From a virus, in the IMG/VR virus record IMGVR_UViG_3300010316_000005, positions 1 to 64,000 of that record: DNA of 64,000 bases; one strand, 5' to 3'. Numbering within the stretch: position 1 is the stretch's first letter; each line of letters starts with the position of its first letter. Below the pieces are notes generated by a model. It searched no databases. It was not told where the DNA came from and saw only the letters and a program-made list of their open reading frames with translations. Below are positions 1-8,227 of this stretch, piece by piece. A program made the position numbers and the translations under genes.

Positions 1-149
1 AAGATTTGCGCCACAAAAACAAAGAAGTAATTAACAAAATTTTGAAAGACGATATGAGTTGGGAAGACAAGCCGTTTCCTGATACTTATCTTGGAAAGCA
101 GTATATTTGGGATTACTGGTAAAAAGAGTCCTTCAGCACTCTTTTGTTG

Positions 150-177
150 TTGACATTTGCAAAAAAGTGTTTATAAT
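150..177 (+). promoter_or_regulatory. sigma70-type early promoter
   Basis: TTGACA (150-155), 16-nt spacer, TATAAT (172-177). Confidence 0.6.
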
Positions 178-377
178 AAAACTATAAGCAAGGAGAGCAT
201 ACAGTGAACCACGAAACTGTTGAACTTTTTTACAACTAATTGCAATAGGCTGGTTTGTTTACTGGATCATCGCAATGATTGCACTTAGTGTTTGGCATTT
301 TGCTCCAATAGGAATTGGACTTACTGCTATGTCTGTTTGCTGGATTGTTGCAACACTACTAACTTAGGAATAAAATA

Positions 378-806
378 ATGACCAAACTTAGCGATAAACT
401 AAAAATCACACTTGCTGAAATGGAAAAGGCTAATATCAACGGTATAGAAGCCCAGCATAACGCTGACCTAGAAAAGATTCGCAAAGAGAGAAAATCAATC
501 GAAACTTGGGTAGAATCTCTACGTGAAACAATGGTGTCGCAAATTGAAGACGGTAAAGTACCGCTCAGTAAGATCGAAAATTACGAACGTAAAAACTGGA
601 CCAATGCTGCCAAAAAGCACAGCGCGTCACATCAAGACCTATGGAACGATTTTGAACAATTTTGGAAATCAGAAGGACTTGATGTTGTGATTACAGACGG
701 CCATGATGGCGTGGGTATCAAGGATTGGATTAACATCTCTGTATCTCCGTTGCCAGAACGTCCACGACTAGGGGGAGTAACCCGTCAGGAATACCCCGGA
801 AGATGA
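378..806 (+). CDS. hypothetical phage protein
   Basis: 142-aa ORF, AGGA RBS, stop overlaps next start. Confidence 0.75.
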   Translation: MTKLSDKLKITLAEMEKANINGIEAQHNADLEKIRKERKSIETWVESLRETMVSQIEDGKVPLSKIENYERKNWTNAAKKHSASHQDLWNDFEQFWKSEGLDVVITDGHDGVGIKDWINISVSPLPERPRLGGVTRQEYPGR

Positions 807-1111
807 TAGATCCAAACGTCAGTCAAGCCGAGCGCGACATACGTGATGGCATTTTGTCACTAGAGGGCATCTATGGTCTTGTAGACACCTTCAAGTGCTA
901 CGTTATCACTGATGATCGTTACGACGAAACTGTACGAGACAAAAATGCTATTTTTGATTGGTGTGAAAAAACGTTTGGTGAACATAAAGCAAGTTTTTTA
1001 TGGATCCCAAGTGGCATTATTGAAAAAGAGAAAAACTATTGGTTCTTAGCTGAAAAGAAGTACCGGACACTATTCGAAATGAAATGGAAAACCCTAGGAG
1101 GTAGCAGATGA
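803..1111 (+). CDS. small early protein, F-x-[LM]-K-W C-terminal family
   Basis: ATGA coupling; WC..FG core; ends LFEMKWK. Confidence 0.7.
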   Translation: MIDPNVSQAERDIRDGILSLEGIYGLVDTFKCYVITDDRYDETVRDKNAIFDWCEKTFGEHKASFLWIPSGIIEKEKNYWFLAEKKYRTLFEMKWKTLGGSR

Positions 1112-1365
1112 AGGTTAAAGATTTACTAGAACAACTTGCAGGATTAGATCCAGGGATGGAAGTAATCATGCAGAAAGACAGCGAAGGCAACGGATACAGT
1201 CCGTTAGCTGGCGCAGATCCAAATGGCATTTATATAGCCGACTCAACATGGAGCGGAGATGTGTATGACGCAGAGTGGACTGCTGATGATGCTGACATGG
1301 ACGAAACCGAATGGGACGAGATCCTAGCTAACCCCCGCGCACTTATTTTATATCCAACTAACTAA
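1108..1365 (+). CDS. hypothetical acidic phage protein
   Basis: GGAGG RBS; N-terminus MKVKDLLEQL resembles ORF 1768. Confidence 0.75.
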   Translation: MKVKDLLEQLAGLDPGMEVIMQKDSEGNGYSPLAGADPNGIYIADSTWSGDVYDAEWTADDADMDETEWDEILANPRALILYPTN

Positions 1366-1376
1366 AGGAACACACC

Positions 1377-1601
1377 ATGGGATACATTACAAAAGACTAT
1401 TCGATTCGTCCTAATCAACAATCACAAAGAACACAGCCCGACCTCTGGGATGTAGTCGTTGGCAAGGACATTCTTATACTAACTGCAAAGAGCAAAGTAC
1501 AAGCTGAAGAGTTTGCTTATCGACTCAACCGTGATCCGCATTGTCTCGAGCGTGGTCAGACACGTCGCGACCGTGGCGGTGTTCCGTCTAACAAGGCGTA
1601 A
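1377..1601 (+). CDS. hypothetical protein
   Basis: AAGGA RBS, 74 aa. Confidence 0.65.
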   Translation: MGYITKDYSIRPNQQSQRTQPDLWDVVVGKDILILTAKSKVQAEEFAYRLNRDPHCLERGQTRRDRGGVPSNKA

Positions 1602-1767
1602 TAATGAAAGCTTACATCCGTTATAAAGAATGGTGGATAGACACGCAAGCACCTCAGTTAGTACCTTCGCTCTATTGGGGGAACACTGAGGAAGACGCTT
1701 TTAAACAAAACCTAGCAAATATGGGATTATATTTGTTAATGGAAACACTAGTAGAGTATGAAGACAA

Positions 1768-1965
1768 ATGAAATTAAGTGAATTTATCAAAGGCTTGCAA
1801 AAGCTAGAACAAGAAGGCCACGGCGAACTTGAAGTTATGTATCGCCATGGCGCCTCAGGCGACTGCGGCGAATTAAGTAGTGCTTATGTAACCGACGAAG
1901 TTGATGACTGCGGCCCTTTTGACTTAGCCGACGAAAGTTACGTTTCAATCTACGCAGGAAATTAA
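1768..1965 (+). CDS. hypothetical acidic phage protein
   Basis: 65 aa, MKLSEFIKGLQKL N-terminus. Confidence 0.65.
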   Translation: MKLSEFIKGLQKLEQEGHGELEVMYRHGASGDCGELSSAYVTDEVDDCGPFDLADESYVSIYAGN

Positions 1966-1967
1966 AG

Positions 1968-2291
1968 ATGTCAAAACTATATATCGCAGTGTTGGACGAG
2001 TTTCCGGACTACATGACCCCAACTCTTGTTGCTCATGCTGTTCTAGCAGCTCATCTACAGTTTAAAGACAACTTGCGCTATGACAGATGGTTAGAACACA
2101 GTTTTAAGAAATGTGTAGTGCGTGTTAATCAAAAAGAGTTTGACAAGATTGCTGCGTTGCCCGACGTACATCTTGCTCACGAAAACAGTACCCTTGAAGC
2201 TCGCAAAAGCTGCGCAGTTGTGTTGCCCACAGGGCCGGGTGACGAACTGCCTAACGTGCTCAAGTATGCTAAATTGTGGAAGCCAGTCTAA
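1968..2291 (+). CDS. PTH2-like peptidyl-tRNA hydrolase
   Basis: KLYIAV..VAHAVLAA..W..KKCVVRV..LKLW-like pattern matches the PTH2 fold; 107 aa. Confidence 0.55.
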   Translation: MSKLYIAVLDEFPDYMTPTLVAHAVLAAHLQFKDNLRYDRWLEHSFKKCVVRVNQKEFDKIAALPDVHLAHENSTLEARKSCAVVLPTGPGDELPNVLKYAKLWKPV

Positions 2292-2491
2292 TGGATTACC
2301 TTCTTTTGCCTTGCGCGGCAGTAGCACGTTTTGAAACTCAAGGTACCGGATATCGTTGCCTTCAGTGCGGAGCAGTAGTAGGATCAGTAGGCCAATCTAA
2401 AGAATGCACTGCCGAGGCCGACAAGTGGAAAACGTTAGAGGCCTTGGGCGGCAAAGGCTGGGATTACAAATTAGGACAACCTGCAGAATGA
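2291..2491 (+). CDS. small zinc-ribbon-like protein
   Basis: YRCLQCGAVVGS..C; ATG overlaps upstream TAA. Confidence 0.6.
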   Translation: MDYLLLPCAAVARFETQGTGYRCLQCGAVVGSVGQSKECTAEADKWKTLEALGGKGWDYKLGQPAE

Positions 2492-2630
2492 ACGAGCTTA
2501 AAAAGAACAATCGGCACATTAAGTCTTGTATGAAACAATATATCAAGACTGACGACCCTGAACTATTGATGGGGTTGCTTCGGCTGATTTCTAAAAGAAA
2601 CAAACTCAAGGCAGAGTTAAAAGAAAACAC

Positions 2631-2659
2631 TTGACACCCGGCCCCTCTTTGTGTATACT
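2631..2659 (+). promoter_or_regulatory. sigma70 promoter upstream of the orphaned cca start
   Basis: TTGACA-17-TATACT, then GAGG RBS and ATG 2688. Confidence 0.75.
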
Positions 2660-2687
2660 GTAAGAGTAATAACAAAAGAGGTACACA

Positions 2688-2714
2688 ATGGAAAAGTTTT
2701 TAGTGCTTAGTTAA
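2688..2714 (+). pseudogene. relic 5' end of cca (MEKFLV-LS*)
   Basis: Strong promoter and RBS feed an 8-codon ORF; MEKFLV joins naturally to GGAVRD of the cca gene at 3693. Confidence 0.65.
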
Positions 2715-2732
2715 CACCCCGCTAGTTTCGGA

Positions 2733-3620
2733 TTATTTTCTACAATTTATTCCATGCCATCTGCTATAGTTGCCAGGTGATATATTTTGTTTCCCACAAT
2801 TTTCACAACACTTAAAGTTAACAGTTTTCCATTCATCACTATTTTGAGTTTCTGATAATTTTCTTGAAGCTTCTTTACCTTTGGTAAGTTTCCATTCTTT
2901 GGATTGTTTAGTGATTGACATTGATTTATATGCCTCTAGACCCACGGTTTCTAACCAAATTGGATTTGACTTTGTAGTAAGTTCCTTTTCTTTAGCAGCT
3001 TTACCTATCGTAGACTTCCATCCCAGGTCATTCTTCTTCTCAAGATCTTTCCGAACTTTTTCCTTTCCTACAGTGGCTTTCCACACAGGATCGTTTTGTA
3101 TTTCTGAAGATTGTTTTGCAACATATTTTCCTGTTGTTTCTTTCCATTCTTTACTAAGCTTTGTTTCTGAAATCTTTTTTTTGTGGTAATCTGATTTGCT
3201 TTTACCTCTTAATGCGTTAGATATACCTTCATTTTGTTCCTTAGAATTTTTTCTTCCTCTATTTCCGATGGATATTTTTCTTTTTGTTTCTTCTGAATGT
3301 GGTCCACTATTATAGAATCGTTCGTTGTGTATAGACATATTAATATACATAGGATTTTTGTGGACATTGAAATATTCTTGAAAATATATTTCCTTTAAGA
3401 TTGCCTCTTTTCGGGTTTTGTGTTTGGTTAATATTACAGTTTTAAATGATTTTCTATTTGTTCTAATTTCTCTTTTCCATATTTTAGAATATTTGTCGGA
3501 ACCAACTGATCCATGATATCCATTTTCCAAGATGTTCGATACAGAAGTGTATCCTATGTAAAATGGTGGCATTTTGTTGCCACCATAAAAAGTTATATAT
3601 GTGCAAAAAACCATTGACAT
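2733..3620 (-). CDS. free-standing GIY-YIG-like homing endonuclease with NUMOD3-like and tandem W..T.G repeats
   Basis: TYIT..FYIGYT..YHGS, HSEETKRKIS, C-terminal CENC..RWHG..C; AT-rich, antisense to neighbours. Confidence 0.75.
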   Translation of the reverse strand: MSMVFCTYITFYGGNKMPPFYIGYTSVSNILENGYHGSVGSDKYSKIWKREIRTNRKSFKTVILTKHKTRKEAILKEIYFQEYFNVHKNPMYINMSIHNERFYNSGPHSEETKRKISIGNRGRKNSKEQNEGISNALRGKSKSDYHKKKISETKLSKEWKETTGKYVAKQSSEIQNDPVWKATVGKEKVRKDLEKKNDLGWKSTIGKAAKEKELTTKSNPIWLETVGLEAYKSMSITKQSKEWKLTKGKEASRKLSETQNSDEWKTVNFKCCENCGKQNISPGNYSRWHGINCRK

Positions 3621-3651
3621 CCTTTCTAAGACAGTGTATAGTTTATTTATA
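3614..3651. promoter_or_regulatory. back-to-back promoters: + sigma70 for cca, - late-type for the HEG
   Basis: TTGACA(3614)-17-TATAGT(3637) on +; TATAAATA on - at 3644-3651. Confidence 0.7.
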
Positions 3652-3668
3652 TAGAGTAGGAGTTTTCG

Positions 3669-4901
3669 GTGGCAATATCTAAATATCTAGTAGGCGGCGC
3701 AGTACGTGATATGCTGCTGGGCCGCGAGGTTGTAGACCGCGACTTTGTTGTAGTTGGTTCAACTCCTGAAGAAATGGTTGCTACTGGCTTTGCACAAGTT
3801 GGCGCAGACTTTCCTGTGTTCCTGCATCCCGAAACTGGCGAAGAATTTGCCCTGGCACGCCGCGAGCGTAAGACAGGCGAAGGCTACCTGGGCTTTACTT
3901 CGGAGTTTGGTGTAGACGTTACGCTGGAAGAAGACCTGGCACGGCGCGACCTGACTGTAAACTCCATGGCACTGGATACTTCTGATACTTGGAAGGACAC
4001 GGTTGTTGATCCATTCGGCGGTCAAGAAGATCTGCGTAACAAAGTACTGCGGCACACTAGCAATGCGTTTGCTGAAGATCCTGTGCGTGTACTGCGGCTG
4101 GCAAGGTTCCGGGCACGACTGGGCCCAGAGTGGACTGTTGCTCCTGAAACAGTAGCACTGGTTTCGCAGATGGCCAAGAAGGGCGTACTGAAGGAACTGA
4201 CTGCTGAGCGAGTTTGGAAGGAAATGAGCCGGGCACTGATGGAGCCACATGCGCGTCTGTTTTTTGACACGCTGCTGGAAACTGATGCTCTGCATGTTGT
4301 ATTTCCTGAAGTATACAAGCTGAAGACTGCGCTGGAGGCACGCCGTTGGCACCCCGAAGGCGATGCGTTTGAACACACTATGCTGGTTCTGACTGCGGCT
4401 GTTAAGTTTGGTTACGATCTGGAAACTCGCTTTGCTGCGCTGGTACACGACTTTGGTAAGGGCCTGACGCCACGTGCGGTACTGCCCAAGCACTACGGTC
4501 ACGAATTTACTGGTGTTGCTGTTGCTGAATCGTTTGCTAACAGGCTGACTGTTCCTAGCAAGATGCGTGACCGTGCTATGAAGACTACTCGGTTCCATAT
4601 GCATATGCACAAGCTGGATACACTGAATCCAAAGACATTTGTAAAGATGTTTGAGGAGATGGGTGCGTTCAACGATCCTGCGGTAGTTGACCTGCTGGTA
4701 AGAGTAGGTGAAGCAGATGACCGCGGCAGACTGGGTAGTGAAAACGCTGATGTAGCACACCTGCAGAAGCTGAAGACACTGTTTGACGTTGCTAAGGCTG
4801 TTAGCTTTGCGGATGTATTTCCAAAGGGCGAAACAAACGGTAACAAGATCAAAGAAGGCATGCGCCGGGCGCGTGTAAAGGCAGTAGCAGAGAGCAAATA
4901 A
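3669..4901 (+). CDS. cca: multifunctional CCA-adding tRNA nucleotidyltransferase with HD domain
   Basis: YLVGGAVRD, DRDFVV, EDLARRDLTVN, EDPVRVLR, HPEGD..H, LVHDFGK. Confidence 0.95.
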   Translation: MAISKYLVGGAVRDMLLGREVVDRDFVVVGSTPEEMVATGFAQVGADFPVFLHPETGEEFALARRERKTGEGYLGFTSEFGVDVTLEEDLARRDLTVNSMALDTSDTWKDTVVDPFGGQEDLRNKVLRHTSNAFAEDPVRVLRLARFRARLGPEWTVAPETVALVSQMAKKGVLKELTAERVWKEMSRALMEPHARLFFDTLLETDALHVVFPEVYKLKTALEARRWHPEGDAFEHTMLVLTAAVKFGYDLETRFAALVHDFGKGLTPRAVLPKHYGHEFTGVAVAESFANRLTVPSKMRDRAMKTTRFHMHMHKLDTLNPKTFVKMFEEMGAFNDPAVVDLLVRVGEADDRGRLGSENADVAHLQKLKTLFDVAKAVSFADVFPKGETNGNKIKEGMRRARVKAVAESK

Positions 4902-4927
4902 TTGCTCTCTGCATTTAAGGAGAAACA

Positions 4928-5359
4928 ATGAACTACGCAGAAAATCCAATTGAAGATTTGCACAATGCTATGGCCCACGCTGAATACGAGGGCTTTAGTA
5001 ATATTCACTATGAAACCCGAGACTGGGAGTTGTATAAATCAAGTGACCGCAAAGAAGACAAACGTATCCCTAAGACACGCAGGCCTACTACAAGAGACTT
5101 TGGTGTATACGCAATGTTCCCCCAAACGTGGGGCAGCACTGCGCTAGGACACGGCGGAATGGGCGGAGCGTCAATGACCACTGCGTACACTATTGTACTA
5201 GAATGTACAAACACCGGAGAGTTTTTGGTTTACTTTGGCGGGAGTTATTGTTACACGATCAAAGGAAAAAACGATGCTTTCCTTGAAGATTGTAAAAATA
5301 GATGTCTTGCTGGGAAGCGTAAAGCAAAAACAAAATACGGAATCGTAGAGCAGGATTAA
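4928..5359 (+). CDS. conserved phage hypothetical protein (probably with a replaced C-terminus)
   Basis: AGGAG RBS; FPQTWGSTALG motif; stop shared with convergent HEG. Confidence 0.8.
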   Translation: MNYAENPIEDLHNAMAHAEYEGFSNIHYETRDWELYKSSDRKEDKRIPKTRRPTTRDFGVYAMFPQTWGSTALGHGGMGGASMTTAYTIVLECTNTGEFLVYFGGSYCYTIKGKNDAFLEDCKNRCLAGKRKAKTKYGIVEQD

Positions 5360-5368
5360 TCCTGCTCT
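5347..5368. repeat. 22-bp perfect palindrome centred on shared TTAA stops
   Basis: AGAGCAGGATTAATCCTGCTCT; both convergent ORFs end EQD*. Confidence 0.9.
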
Positions 5369-6165
5369 CTATTTTTAATATCTTCTAACAAAGAAAGTAA
5401 CTTTTCTTTTGATCCAAGATTCCACCTTCTTGGTAACTTTATATTCTTGCTTAATGCTATTTCTTTTATTTCTTCTCTTATATAGTTGAGTTTAGAATAT
5501 GTTTTTCTTTGTATTTCGCCACCTAAAAAGTGGTGGGTCCCGTTGTCGATTCTTTTCTTGTGTGTTTTTCTTTGTATTTCACCACTTGAAAAGTTATGTT
5601 TTCCTTTAGCAGACAACTCAAATTGCGTGTTGCGTTGAACATCACTATTTAAGAAATGATGTGTTCCGTCTTCTATCCTCTTGCGTTGACTTTCAATCAT
5701 CTTTTTTCTAACATCATCTCTTTGAGACGAATGCCTTCCTTCTTTTAACATTCGCTCATTCATATCTTTTCCTAAAAACGGATGAGAGCCATTTTCAATC
5801 CTTATTTTATTGTTTTTTGATTTTTCTTCGGAGTCAAGCCAATGATGTGTTCCGTCTTGGATTCTCCTTTTTGCCAAGTCGCTGGCAGTTTTTGAATCAA
5901 TGCCTTCTGCTGATTCGGGTATTAAGTTTGCCCATTCTTTGGATTCTACGATATTCCAAAGATTACTATAATACAGTCCGGTTTCTTTGATTTCTTCTTT
6001 GTTATCTGTTTCTAAAAGTAATTCTGTGCTAATATCGTCGCCGTGTGTTTTTATGTGTCGTATCCAATGTTTACCAGACCCTTTATATTCATTTGGATCA
6101 TTTTTTGTGTAGCCGAGATATTTTAATCCAGTTTTGTTGTGTGTTTTAACATATAAATAATACAT
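5356..6165 (-). CDS. Seg-like GIY-YIG homing endonuclease with G-x-H-x-F repeats
   Basis: YLYVKTHNKTGLKYLGYT..YKGSGKHW; repeats DGTHHW, NGSHPF, DGTHHF, KGKHNF, NGTHHF. Confidence 0.75.
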   Translation of the reverse strand: MYYLYVKTHNKTGLKYLGYTKNDPNEYKGSGKHWIRHIKTHGDDISTELLLETDNKEEIKETGLYYSNLWNIVESKEWANLIPESAEGIDSKTASDLAKRRIQDGTHHWLDSEEKSKNNKIRIENGSHPFLGKDMNERMLKEGRHSSQRDDVRKKMIESQRKRIEDGTHHFLNSDVQRNTQFELSAKGKHNFSSGEIQRKTHKKRIDNGTHHFLGGEIQRKTYSKLNYIREEIKEIALSKNIKLPRRWNLGSKEKLLSLLEDIKNREQD

Positions 6166-6247
6166 TGCTGTTGCTCCTTCATTTTGTTTAGCAATAGAGT
6201 AGTTGGGATGCCCGCCAAGAAATCCGTGAACTACACTTTTATTTATA
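6166..6247 (-). ncRNA. putative structured cis-regulatory leader RNA of HEG (copy 1), preceded by TATAAATA
   Basis: Shares stems and TTGGCG loop with 36887-36963, with compensatory changes. Confidence 0.6.
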
Positions 6248-6255
6248 CAAAGTTG

Positions 6256-6285
6256 TTGACAACCATTGGAGAACTGTGCTATAGT
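6256..6285 (+). promoter_or_regulatory. sigma70 promoter restarting downstream transcription
   Basis: TTGACA-18-TATAGT with TG extension. Confidence 0.55.
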
Positions 6286-6384
6286 GTAGAGAGAAAAAGT
6301 AAAAACATCAACGTGTTTGTTGAAGATTGCGCAAATCGCTGTCTAGTAAGCAAGAGAAAGAGCGAAAAGTATCATGGGAATTAA
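6268..6384 (+). pseudogene. relic 3' end of the 4928 gene
   Basis: GELCYSV..VFVEDCANRCLVSKRKSEKY aligns with GSYCYTI..AFLEDCKNRCLAGKRKAKTKY. Confidence 0.8.
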
Positions 6385-6751
6385 TGTAAACGTATATTCA
6401 TACTGGGGCGTTCGCACAAAATGGCAAGACGAATTTTATAACGAATATGACGAAGTCGAAAGTGCCGCTTCAGAAAAGTATGGGTACGGCAAGGAGCAGC
6501 CTGCTGACACTAATGTAGAACTAGTGTCAGATGGAATGAGTTGCGAATATATGGTATTCGGCGTGCAACTTTACGACAGCGGAGATTCGCGCTGGGGAGA
6601 GATGTATAACTCAAACGAAGTTGATATTTATCCTGAAAAGATGGATACACTACGGCACGAGTACATTGAGCTATTCAAACGCTTGTATCCGGACTACGTA
6701 CACCTCGTTGACGTGCCGTGGAAGCTTGTTAACTTTGTTCACTATAGCTGA
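6374..6751 (+). CDS. hypothetical phage protein
   Basis: 125-aa ORF overlapping the relic stop. Confidence 0.75.
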   Translation: MGINVNVYSYWGVRTKWQDEFYNEYDEVESAASEKYGYGKEQPADTNVELVSDGMSCEYMVFGVQLYDSGDSRWGEMYNSNEVDIYPEKMDTLRHEYIELFKRLYPDYVHLVDVPWKLVNFVHYS

Positions 6752-7158
6752 TGTTTAAGTTCCTCAAATATCGTTTCCTCGAATGGAAGTGGGAAAGAAT
6801 TCTTAAAAATAGTGGCCAGCGAACGTGGACAAACTATTTTTATCATAATGATCCTGACTTCAATGCTCGGGGACAAACTGTAGGAGAACAGCTAGTTGGT
6901 TATCCTTATATTGCAATAGTAAATCGCAGTAACCTCGAAACCAGGTTTGAACCAATGTGGGGACCAATAGAACATTGTTCGAGTATAATTAACTGGTGCA
7001 ACGCTAACTGTCGAAGAAAATATAGAGCTCACTGGGAACGTGTTATTAAAGATCACTACGATCAGTACACCCCGAACGGTATCGGTGGCACTGATGAATT
7101 GGTTTTTGGATTTAAAAACGAGAGAGATTTTATAATGTTTACATTGAAGTTTGTATGA
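6751..7158 (+). CDS. F-x-L-K-[WF] family small protein
   Basis: WC core; ends FKNERDFIMFTLKF. Confidence 0.75.
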   Translation: MFKFLKYRFLEWKWERILKNSGQRTWTNYFYHNDPDFNARGQTVGEQLVGYPYIAIVNRSNLETRFEPMWGPIEHCSSIINWCNANCRRKYRAHWERVIKDHYDQYTPNGIGGTDELVFGFKNERDFIMFTLKFV

Positions 7159-7445
7159 CCTCTGTAATTTTACCAATGAACAGTGAGTTACAAGATGAGC
7201 TATTATCAAAGATAGCAAAAGAAATGCAAGAAGAAATCGAAAAGGAATTATTGGATTTACTGGTTCGCCAAAATTTGTTTCGAGCACAAGGCTGGACTAT
7301 GGTACAAGTTAAAAACTGGAGAGAGATATCTGACGATTGGTGCAGTGCATATTTAAAATGTAATTATCAATGCTTCGGGCACTATTGGTATTTTGAAGAT
7401 GAAAGGGACGCAAACTTTTTTGCGTTAAGGTGGTCATCACAATGA
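7155..7445 (+). CDS. F-x-L-R-W family small protein
   Basis: WC core; ends FEDERDANFFALRW. Confidence 0.75.
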   Translation: MTSVILPMNSELQDELLSKIAKEMQEEIEKELLDLLVRQNLFRAQGWTMVQVKNWREISDDWCSAYLKCNYQCFGHYWYFEDERDANFFALRWSSQ

Positions 7446-7666
7446 AGATGGGACAATTTGACGAGACGCTATGGGTGTTCGAACGACACTTTTTCGAAAC
7501 TCTTCCGGACGGAATGAAGCTAAAATCTATTAACGGCGATACAGTTTTAAAATCAGACGATTTAGATCGAGATCATCGCTTTGGCTGCGTAGCATACGGA
7601 CTGACCGAAGAACTAGCAAACGAAACTGGTTACAGGAATAAATTTCTACTATGGAAAATAGAGTGA
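7442..7666 (+). CDS. hypothetical protein
   Basis: ATGA-coupled; ends FLLWKIE. Confidence 0.6.
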   Translation: MKMGQFDETLWVFERHFFETLPDGMKLKSINGDTVLKSDDLDRDHRFGCVAYGLTEELANETGYRNKFLLWKIE

Positions 7667-7863
7667 ACTATGTTTACCAACCGCATATAAAAACTTTCTT
7701 CTGGACTGGAAATTTCTATAGACAACACCAAAAAGAGATAGTACAATGGTGTAAGCAATACGGGTGTAATATGCCCAGCAAAGATCATGGCTGGGTTGAA
7801 TGCCCAGATGATAAAACCGTAACAATGTTTGTATTAAGATGGCCCTACACTTCTACAACTTAG
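7663..7863 (+). CDS. F-x-L-R-W family small protein
   Basis: GTGA-coupled start inferred; WC core; ends TMFVLRWP. Confidence 0.6.
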   Translation: MNYVYQPHIKTFFWTGNFYRQHQKEIVQWCKQYGCNMPSKDHGWVECPDDKTVTMFVLRWPYTSTT

Positions 7864-7921
7864 ACACCGGTGACCTTTTACGATCAACGACACTTGACAC
7901 TATATAAGATGGCTTTTCCAA

Positions 7922-8227
7922 ATGGCTAAAAAAGAAGTAATACTAGATCCAGAGACACTTGACAAAATTTGGCAAGATTGGCAACTGCGCGATAAAGACG
8001 AATCGCCGATGCAGGTGTCAAGCAGCGACCTCTCTCGTAGAATGATGCGATTTCGGGGGTATCAGAACGAATGGCGCGATGGTTATCGCACCAAGCCGTT
8101 TGAGGACTGGCTATGGCAAAACGGATTTAAGGTTATTCAACGAGACAAGAAGCGTTACTTAAAGTACATAGGTACTCCAGCAAAGCTTACAATGTTTCTT
8201 TTAAAATACGGAGGCGGCAATGCCTAA
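7922..8227 (+). CDS. F-x-L-K-Y family protein
   Basis: FEDWLWQNG; ends TMFLLKYG; paralog of 8220. Confidence 0.7.
   Translation: MAKKEVILDPETLDKIWQDWQLRDKDESPMQVSSSDLSRRMMRFRGYQNEWRDGYRTKPFEDWLWQNGFKVIQRDKKRYLKYIGTPAKLTMFLLKYGGGNA

Noticed and set aside
2733-3620. IS/transposon interpretation of the HEG modules
   Set aside because: No transposase motifs, terminal inverted repeats or exact target-site duplications; the duplicated ends are diverged homologs.
3759-4949. 396-aa antisense ORF over cca
   Set aside because: Shadow of biased codon usage (few TTA/CTA/TCA codons); no motifs or RBS.
6184-6384. 66-aa ORF as a real gene
   Set aside because: Its first part is the reverse strand of the HEG leader; only 6268-6384 looks coding, as a relic.
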